From: Octopus vulgaris | Lineage: Eukaryota | DNA: 64,000 bases | Assembly: GCA_951406725.2 (NCBI GenBank) | Contig: OX597821.1 | Location: forward strand, 118,358,001-118,422,000 | Direction: 5' to 3' | Shown: piece by piece, positions 1 through 11,044 of the stretch | How the letters are laid out: each line of letters begins with the position of its first letter | Numbering within the stretch: position 1 is the first letter of the stretch | Translations under genes and position numbers: made by a program | Notes under the pieces: generated by a model | What the model was told of the DNA's origin: nothing | Seen by the model: only the letters and a program-made list of their open reading frames with translations | Database searches by the model: none

Positions 1-438
1 ACTAAACTGTATTCTCTTTATCCTAACTAAATAACTCACGTATTGATTCGGTACAGGATTATCCATAGATTTGTAATAGAAATAAGCTGAATGCCTTCCA
101 AAATAGCGGAATTTGTGAAATATATATTTTGCTTAATGAAGGCGAAAATAAGGATTAAAAATGTTGACAAAAAAACTTAATGACTTTCTACGAGAGTATC
201 AGGTAAGCTCCCTTATTCGAAATTACCTGCGAATATAAGATGTTTTATAGGGAGCCGTGACATAGAATATACGGAAGCTGTTGGAAATATTAGTAACTCA
301 GAAGTGTACAGAGAGGAAGTGTAGACAAAAGCACGCATAGAAAGAGACACGCGCATGTATATATAATGCATAAATACATGTAAATACATATACATATATG
401 CAATTCCACGTTCATTCAAGACCGAAATGTGACTTTAC

Positions 439-492
<54 letters not shown>

Positions 493-595
493 ATATATAT
501 ATATATATATATATACGTATAGGATATTCGTACGTTTCTATAATTGGAAAAATACAGTTTTCAACGGAGAATGGTCATTTAGAACAAATTTGCGA

Positions 596-2080
596 CGAGG
601 GTGGGCTGAAAAGTTCATAGGCAAACGATGAAGGAGTGATACTAGAGCAGTGAAGTGTTGCCTGCATTAATTTTAACCCCACTTATTAATTGTTTCATTC
701 CAAGTAATTCAAAGAAGATTTCAAAAGTAACTAGTAGCGACAAGAGACAAGGCGTCAACATCACTGCAGTACTAGTTCCCAGTAGTGGAGGCGCAATGGC
801 CCAGTGGTTAGGGCAGCGGACTCGCGGTTTCGATTCCCAGACCGGACGTTGTGAGTGTTTATTGAGCGAAAACACCTAAAGCTCCACGAGGCTCCGGCAG
901 GGGATGGTGGTGATCCCTGCTGTACTCTTTCACCACAACTTTCTCTCACTCTTACTTCCTGTTTCTGTTGTACCTGTATTTCAAAGGGCCGGCCTTGTCA
1001 CTCTCTGTGTCACGCTGAATATCCCCGAGAACTACGTTAAGGGTACACGTGTCTGTAGTGTGCTCAGCCACTTACACGTTAATTTCACGAGCAGGCTGTT
1101 CTGTTGATTCGGATCAACCGAAACCCTCGTCGTCGTAACCGACGGAGTGCTTTCCACTCCACACTAGTTCCCAGTGAAGTGTTTTTACATAGGGAACAGT
1201 TGATAGTCAAACAGGGCCAAATCAGGGGAATTTGGAAGGTGATCAAACAGTTCACAGCCGCAATACTTCTGTGCTGGATGAAACAACATCTCTTTCGTCA
1301 GTTTCCCTGGACGTTTGTTCCTGGTAGCTTTTCGTAACTGCAACAGCAATTTCGTGTAATACTCTGCATTGATAATGGGATCCTTTCGAAGATTATCAAT
1401 AAACGAAATACCTTTTTTATCTACCCCTACAAAAACATGAGGCCATTATTTTCTCTGCTGATGAAACAACCTTGGCCTTCTTTGGAGCAGGTGAGGGTAG
1501 GTGTTTCCACTTCACGGATTGTCTCTTTGTTTCTAGCTCAAAGTGATGAGGCCAATTCTCAACATATGTTAGGAAACGTTTAAGGAAACCAGCTGGATCT
1601 GTCTAAATGTCAGATATTCTCGTGATGTGATCAGCTGCGTTCGCTTTAGATGAGTTGTCAGAAGACTGGCAACAAACGAGCAAGCCAAGTCCATTGTGTA
1701 GAATGTTCTCAACTCGCACGGGATACGCTAATCGCATTGGTTGTTTGACTTATAGTCAATTGCCTGTCGTCCTTCACCATGTGGTGAGCACGATCAATGT
1801 TTTCTTGGTTTTGGTAGTTGCAGATTGTCCATACCTTGAGTTATATTCAAGAATCTCTCTTCCCCTCACAAATTCAGCTGCCCTATATTCAGCATTAATG
1901 TTTTGGGGGGCTAAGCTGTTTTTCTGCAGGTGCTTCATAACATTATAATGCAAAACCTTATCCATTTTCAAGGAAAGTCGCTTAAAAGTTACTTCTGATG
2001 TTTTCTTTAAATTATCAAACGTCAGGTTAACTCGAAGGAAAAATGCAGTTTACTAATAAGTAGATTTGAAATGAATGCAT
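596..2080 (-). mobile_element. Degenerate mariner transposon interrupted by a SINE
   Basis: Mariner-like TIR CGAGGGTGGGCTGAAAAGTTC near 596. Minus strand 1190-1245 reads DHLPNSPDLALFDYQLFP, matching the YSPDLAP motif. Right boundary approximate. Confidence 0.7.
784..1162 (+). mobile_element. tRNA-derived SINE (tRNA-Arg-like head, Octopus OR-type)
   Basis: A-box TGGCCCAGTGG and B-box-like TTCGATTCC. Exact 13-bp TSD ACTAGTTCCCAGT at 771-783 and 1163-1175. Same head at 25280-25389 (-). Confidence 0.85.
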
Positions 2081-2670
2081 CCAAAATTCCGCATCTCTAG
2101 TATCAAGCCTCCAAGCGTCAACTTTGCTAATTTTCAGAGCAGAGAAACTTTCAAGGCTGAATCAAATTAACTAAATATCTCATGTAATCGTATTCACTGA
2201 CTCTACCAAGCCTCTGAGCGTTAATTTATTACACAGTCAGATGTGTCGGTGCCAGGTGAAACTCGACGAAATCTATCTCAGTTCTTGATCTGAAATTAAT
2301 TTTATCTATTATAAATATAAAAAGACAAAGTTGATTTCGGCGAGAATTGATCACAAATTAATAGACTGACTGTTGGTAATCATATTGTGAGACTTTTACT
2401 GACTCAACCAAAATGATAATTTCATACAATACGCACAAGATTTCGTACGTGAAGGAAAGGGATAAGTCTTGATTTTATATCATCGACCCCATTTTCACTC
2501 ATCAGTTGGCCCTTATCAAACGAGGAACATAAAAAAAGCCTTTAACTAAATACCACAGTATTATGAACATTTTCTCAATCCACCAAGTCCTGACTACAAC
2601 ACAATAGCACTAAATTAATGTGAAAAAGAAGTTGTAAATGGAATGCAAATAATTGTATGGTGTTTCTTAC

Positions 2671-2719
2671 CTGTTACAAACAGCAGGAGAGCGAAGATGG
2701 TTAATGTTCTTTGCATCAT
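2671..2719 (-). CDS. First coding exon of a secreted-peptide gene: signal peptide MMQRTLTIFALLLFVT, phase-1 donor
   Basis: GACC-ATG context, 16 codons + 1 nt, hydrophobic core LTIFALLLFV, donor CAG|GTAAGA. TATA box and Inr lie directly upstream. Confidence 0.8.
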
Positions 2720-3900
2720 GGTCGTCTTTTGGTCAATTGCCAGATCAAAAACTGATCCGGGAAGGCTTTAGCGTCGGTATTTATACATTTGGTGAACAAT
2801 TGAAACGAATTGCAAAACGAGTGTGATGGGAATATCTCACGAAAATAATTAAGAAAACAAAAGATGCAAATTAAGACTGACAAAGATCATCCGAAATACG
2901 AATGTCTGAAAGTTATTTTTAATCATATGCTTTTGTTTGTGGAAGCATTAATTGTTTACATTAAAGCAAACTGGATTAGTGGCGTTTGAAATCACCACGT
3001 TTTGTAACACCTGATAGAAATACTATTGTATCTTGGGTAATTTTTCTACACAGAGGAGTCAATAGAAGAAATCCTCCCTTTAAAATGAAAAATATCTTAA
3101 GTTTGTAAATTTTTAAACGTTTACTATATACTAGAACAAATATTTCAGTACGATACTACATGCATTTGTGCACAATAGCGTCGTTAGAAAACTATCAAAT
3201 AATATTACAATAGGATGTACTAGCATCTGTTAAGAGTCCCCGTTCTATAAACAAATTTTGAAAATAATAAAATAAAAGACCACTTAGACGAAGGGTTTCA
3301 ACCGGGGTACATGTTAGATTTTTAGGGACCCACGGGTGCAATATAGTAAATTGGGGAGCCAGTGTACTTTAGACCAGTAGTTTCCAGAGTGGATTTCTAG
3401 TCTTCTAACATTCCAATGGTGCTCTTCCAGGTTTAGAAACCTGTTTAAAAAACGTCCTGAAAAATGTTGTTAGAAATCCTGTCTTTCCTAATTTATTTAT
3501 TACTTTCTTTTCAAAACAAAGACAAAGAATAGATAATTTAAAGTCCCCCAAACATTTATCTATGAAGCTGAGCAGAAAATTCCCCAGGGAATTCCCGAGA
3601 AAAGTGAAAGAAATAATAGTGAGCATAAAGAAAGTCAACAACAATGATGCTGTAAACAGCAGTAACAACAAAATTTAAAAGAATATATATACGCATACAC
3701 TCACACACTGAACGTTTACTATCTACTGGAATATTCAATCTGATACGGCGTGCATTCGTGCACAATAGCGTCGTTAGAAAACAACCGATTAATGTTCCAA
3801 CAGGATGTTCTAACTCACTTCTAGCATCTGTTACAAGGCCCTGTCTTATAAACAAAGATTGAAAATAACACGATGAACGTTACTTAAAATCTATCACAGT
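2717..3900. repeat. Duplicated upstream region, copy 1 (paralogous to 43232-44400)
   Basis: Long near-identical stretches, e.g. 3240-3495 versus 43770-44025. Confidence 0.95.
2750..2785 (-). promoter_or_regulatory. Core promoter: TATA box plus initiator
   Basis: TATAAAT at 2785-2779 and ATCAGTT (TCAGT Inr) at 2756-2750. Putative TSS 2753 is 32 nt from the first T of the TATA box. Both motifs are conserved in the copy at 43266-43301. Confidence 0.75.
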
Positions 3901-3962
3901 ATATATACATCTATGTCCGTGTACAAAAAGTATATATATACATATATATATATATGTTCTGT

Positions 3963-4030
<68 letters not shown>

Positions 4031-4189
4031 CCATACGTCGTCGTAAATATTCAATTACACACACACAACACAAACCTACACACACATATAAACACACGAA
4101 CGTTTGGCATTGATTACAAAGAACAGAGTTCACTGCCCTCTAAACTAGTCGCAGTCTTCAAATCCCCAGAGAATATTTTGAAATTCGGG

Positions 4190-4810
4190 TAAAATACTTA
4201 GCAGCGTTTCGTCCGTCTTTACGATTTAAGTTCGAGTTCCTCCAAGGTCGATTTTTCCTTTCGTCCCTTCGATAAAATAAGCACGAATCGAACACTGAGG
4301 TCGATGTAATCGAACTTATCCCTGCCACCCCTGCATAATTGCTGGCCTTGTGCTAAAGTTCGAAATCAATATAGGCTTGAAATTATAGACTCATAAATTG
4401 ATTAAAGTAACACTACCATTAAAGGCGGTGAGCTGGCAGAAACGTTAGCATGCCGGGCGAAATGTGTAGCCGTATTTCGTCTGGCGTTACGTTCTGAGTT
4501 CAAATTCCGCCGGGGTCGACTTTGCCTTTCATCCTTTCGGAGTCGATTAAATAAGTACCAATTACGCACTGGGTCGATATAATCGACTTAATCCGTCTGT
4601 CTGTCCTTGTTTGTCTCCTCTGTGTTGAGCCCCTTGTGGGTAGTAAAGAAATAGGTAATTCGTCTGTCTTTACGTTCTGAGCCCAAATTCCGACGAGATC
4701 GACTTTGCCCCTTATCCATTTGGGGTCAATAAGTTAAGAACCACTGGGGTCGATTTAATAGATTGGCACCCTTCCCAAAAATTCCGGGTCTTATGCTCAG
4801 AGTAGAAAAC
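4190..4810 (+). mobile_element. Cluster of tRNA-derived SINEs with the GACTTTGCCTTTCATCCTTTCGGGGTCGAT core (Meta-domain-like)
   Basis: Best copy 4422-4655 (AAGGCGGTGAGCTGGCAGAA...GAGTTCAAATTCC...), flanked by partial copies. The family recurs many times in the window. Confidence 0.8.
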
Positions 4811-5499
4811 AAAATAACAATGCCATTATAAATATAAAACAATATGCCATAATTTTTTAAATTGTTGGAATTTCTTAAGAAGTATATAATATTACTTGTG
4901 TTGTAGAGTTCTAATCACAATACGCCATTTAATCAGCTCGAATTATTTTTTTTAGGAGTTTTCGACATTTTTCAAATCTAACTTTTAGAGACTATTATTA
5001 TGGATTTTTAAAGACATTTAATTAAATACTTTGTTGGATTTTCGGAATAGTTGTCTTACATAAACTGGAGTTAAATGTGCGTGGGAGGAGGGGGAGATAT
5101 CTGAATTCTCTCATGTTTTGTAGTACAACGCATTTCAAAACATTCGCGGAGTGACTTTTTCCAAAAAAAAAATAAAGTATTGTATTTCGTGTTTTCTAAT
5201 GTCCACCAATCCCCTCACTGGATCTTCCGAATACCAATCACCACTGGAATTATTTTATTTATTTATTATTTTCCCTCATGTTACATTCCCACATTTTGAA
5301 ACACTTGTAAAAAAATACCCATCATGCATAAATCGTAATTTTCCCGGTTTTGTTTTCGGGATTTTAATCGTGAAACGCAAAATAAAGAATGGGTTTCGAA
5401 GTTTTACTTCCCAAAAGTACGGATTGCATATGTTTCAAAATGTGGTATATACTACACAATGCAAAAATAACGGAGAAGGAAAAGATTTTTAGCATTTGC

Positions 5500-6620
5500 T
5501 GCTTTCCTGAAGGTACGCTTGAGACGTTTAAAATGATGGATTAATTTTTATGCCAAGCTTCCTCTTTTATTTTGAAATGTGTTATAGAAAACAATTTTCA
5601 AAAATTTGGCAAAAACAAAAGAAATTCTGTTATATGGAACAGCTATTCCAAGATTCCGTCGCATTATATGTTTTATTCAAGATTTCTGGTTAACGACCAT
5701 CTCGACCAACAAATTGTTGCAGCTAAATGTGATGTATTTTACTTATGAGATAAATTTCATGAAATAGATTTTGCTTACTAAACTGCTTCAAGGAGAAAAC
5801 TCTGATCTTAGATCCTCTAAAGGAGCAATTACTGCTTTTCTAGGGTACAGCTCTACAAAATGAATATTGTACGTCGGGCATAATTACAGTTTTCTAGTTT
5901 GGAATCAATGAGCAGGTTCCGAACGATGATTAACTTGTAATGTAAGCAGAACATTAAAAAAACTTGCATGATGATAAATAAGCTCGATTTGGGTGACACT
6001 TCTTTTTGAAGTGACCAGCTCAAGTTAAATATAACGCTTTGGGTGACACTTCCTTTTGAAGTTAATTTTGGTGATGTACTGATGTAGTCATCTGTTTGCA
6101 GGAGAATCGCATTGAACTGCTGAGTGATGAAATATTTCAGACAAGATTTAACGGTGGGAAACATAATGTATGGAGGAAGCGAAGGTGTACTTTACTGCTT
6201 TTCCTTCACCTTACCTTGTGTCACTAAATTACTGTAAAATGCCCATAAACGCCTCTAAATTGTAGAAAGAGGTGATCTTTGATTCTCATTGACAACGTTG
6301 AAGCCGTATATTGCAAAACTAGCAGAGCAGCACCAACCGCAAGGTCCGTTCTACATAAAGCAGCACTAAAGTATTATCTTCTTTTAATAAACACTTCCTT
6401 ATAATATATGTGACTCCTTTTATTAGTGAGCATTCATTTTCCATAGAATTTACTTATTAAAGTTTGTGTGCAAGAAATTGGTGATACATCTACAATATAC
6501 AAAATATTTTAATAAATGTTCTAATATATCCAGATAATATTTAGTTATAAAAATATAATACGATTTTATATACATCGAATGGCTATGTGCGACCCACACG
6601 AGTAAAATAAATTAGGAATT
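5500..6620 (+). mobile_element. Decayed hAT (Buster/Charlie-like) transposase remnant
   Basis: Broken frames resembling the hAT C-terminal region (LLQGENSDL; EP.IAKLAEQHQPQ). No intact ORF. Confidence 0.45.
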
Positions 6621-6797
6621 CAATGGATTCATAGGTAAAGAATGACTGACTGTGTGGTAAGTAGCTTGCTTATCAACCACATGGTTCCGGGTTCAGTACC
6701 ACTGCGTGGCACCTTCGGCAAGTATTTCTACTATAGCCTCGCGCCAACCAAAGCCTTCTGAGTGAATGTGGTAGACGTAAACTGAAAGAAGCCCGTC

Positions 6798-6870
<73 letters not shown>

Positions 6871-7058
6871 TAAGTAGTTGAATGAATTATCCTAGTATGG
6901 ATAATTCGGTTAACCGATACCCGGGTAGCAAATTTACGTCAGAAATCACGGTTGAAGCTACATGCCAAGGGCAGAAATCACGTGCTTTCGTGTGGAAATT
7001 TGTGTTTTTTTTACTATAAATAAATGAAAGAATGGAGTCGAACGACGATTTAACAAAA

Positions 7059-7157
7059 TTCCTTTATTCTCGACATATGTTTCGAAGACTGCATATTCTC
7101 AATTCCGAAGGAATAAAGGGTGCATTATGCCGCCTTCTCATCAGGAAAAACAAGGAA
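7059..7157 (-). ncRNA. Type I hammerhead ribozyme (inverted-arm copy)
   Basis: Reverse complement of 8329-8427. Confidence 0.8.
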
Positions 7158-7566
7158 CTTATGTCAGCATCATGATGAACAAAAACTTTTAGATGAATGC
7201 CCACACGGAGTCCATAGTGATAATGAGTGTTTCTTTAAAATATTCCGTTATAAGCAGTGACGTCAAAATTGGTTGGATGGAGAAGATTCTAAAGAGTTCA
7301 AAAGTTCAAAAATGGTTGGAATGGGAAAGTTCTAAGAATAGGAGGGTGACAGAGTGCAAGTCGTATGAATGGTGGTGCGTTGTTGTTTGCTTTTGCTAAT
7401 GAGATTGAGTGCCTATGTGTGTGTGTATGTATATAACTGCATTCGTGTCTATGTGTGTGTATGTGTGTTCGTGATTGTGTGTGTGTGTGGGGGATAAATG
7501 TCAAATACATCTAGTGGTGAAGTGACAGTTTTGTGCCTGTGTGCTTGATTGTGCTTATGATAGAGA

Positions 7567-7603
<37 letters not shown>

Positions 7604-8328
7604 AGAGGTAGAGAGACAAAGGTTGAACATACCCCAGAAAATATTGTGCCGTCTGTAATTCCGAACTTTTCTATATACTATATTCTCTTTAGTAAACACA
7701 ATGGTAGAAAAATCCTATAGGTGCATGCACTGGAGGAAGCACACCTTCCACTCATATGAATGAGGAATAATATAGTTAACCTCCTTGAATTTAATAATGT
7801 GGTTCCACTTCTACAACAACGCCATGGAAAAATATTTTTTATACTCAGTTACATGGAGAGCTACTGCCAAACTCGTTGGGGTATGTTCTACCTTTGTCTC
7901 TCTACCTCTCCCCCCCCCTCTCTCTCTCTCCCTCTCTCTATCATAAGCACTATCAAACACACAGACACAAAACTGTCACTTCACCACAAGATGTATTTGA
8001 CATTTATCCCCCCCCACACACAATCACGAACACACATAGACACGAATGCAGTTATATACATACACACACATAGGCACTCAATCTCATTAGCAACAGCAAA
8101 CAACAACGCACCACCATTCATACGACTTGCACTCTGTCACCCTCCTATTCTCAGAACTTTCCCATTCCAACCATTTTTGAACTTTTGAACTCTTTAGAAT
8201 CTTCTCCATCCAACCAATTTTGACGTCACTGCTTATAACGGAATATTTTAAAGAAACACTCATTATCACCATGGACTCCGTGTGGGCATTCATCTAAAAG
8301 TTTTTGTTCATCATGATGCTGACATAAG

Positions 8329-8427
8329 TTCCTTGTTTTTCCTGATGAGAAGGCGGCATAATGCACCCTTTATTCCTTCGGAATTGAGAATATGCAGTCT
8401 TCGAAACATATGTCGAGAATAAAGGAA
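8329..8427 (+). ncRNA. Type I hammerhead ribozyme
   Basis: Stem I TTCCTTGTTTTTC/GAGAATAAAGGAA; CTGATGA at 8342-8348; stem II GAAGGC/GTCTTC; GAAA at 8403-8406; palindromic stem III ACATATGT; cleavage triplet GTC at 8412-8414. Confidence 0.85.
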
Positions 8428-8989
8428 TTTTGTTAAATCGTCGTTCGACTCCATTCTTTCATTTATTTATATATATAAATATATATATGCATGTGTGCGT
8501 CTGACTTTGTCTCCCTAACATCGCTTGACAATCGATGCTGGTGTGTTTACGCCGCCGTAACTTAGCGGTTCGGCAAAAGATACCGACAGAATAAGTTTTG
8601 GAGAAAAAGAAAATAGTGACAATGGGAATTAGTATTACAATATTAGTAATTGTTTGGCAAATAATGCATATATATATATTCTATTGTCGTTCTTTTAAGT
8701 GGAAATACCATTCCTTTTAAACATAGTTAATAAGATCTGACATGTCAATTGTAAACGCTATAATTATTTTTCTGAGAGAGAGAGAGAGAGAGAGAGAGAG
8801 ATACAGAGAGATTTCGGGCAAAATTACTCTATATTACATGCCTCCTGCATGCGCATAACAGTCGTAATGATTTCAGCGTAGACAAGGATAAATGTTGGTA
8901 CTGTTGATTAAATTATGTCATCATTTTCCTTTGATATGTCGATCACCCATTTGAAATTCAGTACCATGGAACAAAGCTGGAAATATCAG

Positions 8990-9650
8990 TCTGAGAGTTA
9001 ATATGGAGAAGAGCGAAATAATGAAACTTTAAATTTGATGACCGTTGAACAACAACAATCATAAAAATCAATTATAAAATATCGAATTATAAGAGATATA
9101 AAAGAGAGATTCATATATCCGAATAGCATGATCTGTTACCAAAGCATTATTGAGACCGATGGTACCAATGGAACTGGCCAAGGGGCAACCGTATTCAAGA
9201 GAATCAACAATATCTGGTTATTTACCACCATCGGCTAAACACGCAAAGATGCAAATTTATAATAAAATGGTTCTCCCAACAGCTTTTTATGCCATTTAGA
9301 CAAGGAAGAGCACCATAAAAACAAAACACTAAATGTATTCCATCAAAGATGCATGGGAAGGACCATTTATCTATTGAAGACAGGAAAAGTGTTACAGAAG
9401 GAAGATAAAACTAGCAAACCACCTATTCCGGGTACCAAAACAACACCATTCTAAATCAGCTTTCAAGGAGACATCAATGGATTGAAAAAGAAAATGAGGA
9501 ACAACAAAAAAAAGCGGAGCCAATAGGAACTAGAAACAAAGAATTTCCCCTTCTATGTGTTTACGAGCCCAGGAGAAATTGATAATGATACTTTTTCGAA
9601 GCCGAAGAATAAAAAGGTATAGTGGACCTTGTAACAAAAACTGCAACTTT
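8990..9650 (+). mobile_element. Highly decayed RTE-type LINE 3' fragment
   Basis: Remnants such as FKRINNIW, KMQIYNKMVLPT and LNVFHQRC. Homologous to 48330-48680. Confidence 0.55.
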
Positions 9651-10187
9651 ATGGCAATATTCTCACACTAAAGCGAAGAAATACTAATTTATGCATCATA
9701 ACTTAGGAAAACAATTCAACATCAAAGTCCCATGTTACTTAACTGGTTTTGAATTGAAACTTAGCAATGTGCATATGGATTTGTGTGAAATGAATCAATA
9801 CTGAAAATAAAGACATCATGAATATTTAACAGCGTTTTGTGTTAACATGTAAAAAACACACGCGCATACACACACACACACACACACACACACATAACGC
9901 TTGTATGTGTATGTATGTATTTAGTTATGTATGTACGCATCTATGTTGTATGTATATTCGTATGCACGTGTACGTGTATATATGAATGCATTTGTGCATG
10001 AATATATGTATACACAGATGTATGCTTGTGTATATACTTTAACATACATTTATGTCCTTTCCATATTTTATTCATCAATCTTTCTGTCCATGAATGTGTG
10101 TGTGTGTATGTATGTATGTATGTATGTATGTATGTATGCATGCACGTATGTACTGACATATAAGAGAACAAAGTGTACATATGCCGC

Positions 10188-10224
<37 letters not shown>

Positions 10225-10407
10225 CAAAATGGGACAAGGATGCAAAACATCCGGACAACTAGATGATAAAAAAGGGACAACAAAACATTCATATAGACGA
10301 TACAAAAAAACAAGGACAGGTCATTTGAAGCCTTTTATCTTCAGTCAAGAACCGGATCATCCTCGCAATTTCGGATATATACATTTACTCGTATGTATGT
10401 AAGTATG

Positions 10408-10453
<46 letters not shown>

Positions 10454-10454
<1 letters not shown>

Positions 10455-10723
10455 TATATAAAAGGGCTTAGTAAAATAAATTACTTTGCCGCATACTGAA
10501 CTCATTAGAAATAGCAGCTAAAAAACTTTTTTAAAGCTATTTCTAATACTTAAAGAAAATCTCTCTCATATAGTGTTTGCTTGTGAGTTGAGTCAAGCAA
10601 ACACTATATGAGAGAGATTTTCTTTAAGTATTAGAAATAGCTTTAAAAAAGTTTTTTAGCTGCTATTTCTAATGAGTTCAGTATGCGGCAAAGTAATTTA
10701 TTTTACTAAGCCCTTTTATATAA
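10454..10723. repeat. Near-perfect palindrome, 130-bp arms with a 10-nt loop
   Basis: 10454-10583 is the reverse complement of 10594-10723; loop TGAGTTGAGT; (TA)n on both sides. Confidence 0.95.
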
Positions 10724-10817
10724 TGTAATAATTTGAATTCGCCTTGAATGGTCCCTTTGCATACTGAACACTTGGTGAAATTGATTAATAATTAATTAAT
10801 TTTACCCTCAATTGTTG

Positions 10818-10865
<48 letters not shown>

Positions 10866-11044
10866 TATATATATAGGCACATATATGTACCTATATATAT
10901 TTTTATATATGTACATATATATATGTTTATATATACTTATATGCTTATATATATATATACATGTTTGTGTGTATGTATGCATATATATATATATATATAA
11001 TTTTAATCCAAACGGGAAACAAAAAAACAACAACAAGGGAACAA

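Larger units (their letters stand above)
7014..8471 (+). mobile_element. 5'-truncated Penelope-like element with inverted pLTR copy
   Basis: Inverted arms about 7014-7635 and 7877-8471. The spacer encodes KYCAVCNSE...LVN...E...RCMHWRK*, like the CxxC...CxH end of PLE endonucleases. Each arm carries a hammerhead motif. Confidence 0.8.
6645..8617 (+). mobile_element. tRNA-derived SINE split at its internal (TA)n by a PLE insertion
   Basis: 5' half 6645-6800 (TGTGTGGTAAGTAGCTTG...GGTTCAGT...GAAGCCCGTCG) and 3' half 8490-8617. The uninterrupted homologue is at 59140-59545 (-). Confidence 0.8.

Noticed and set aside
200-260. Possible second exon of the 2.7-kb peptide gene near GCAG|GTAAT
   Set aside because: As a phase-1 acceptor it stops after a few codons and shows no similarity to the 58-kb exon.
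787-845. tRNA-like sequences here and at 25320-25389, 4422 and 6650
   Set aside because: SINE heads with incomplete cloverleaves, attached to repeat bodies and in one case bounded by a TSD.
6868-7013. Hairpins with GAAA next to the PLE arm as a further hammerhead
   Set aside because: No CUGANGA-like strand or stem I can be placed.
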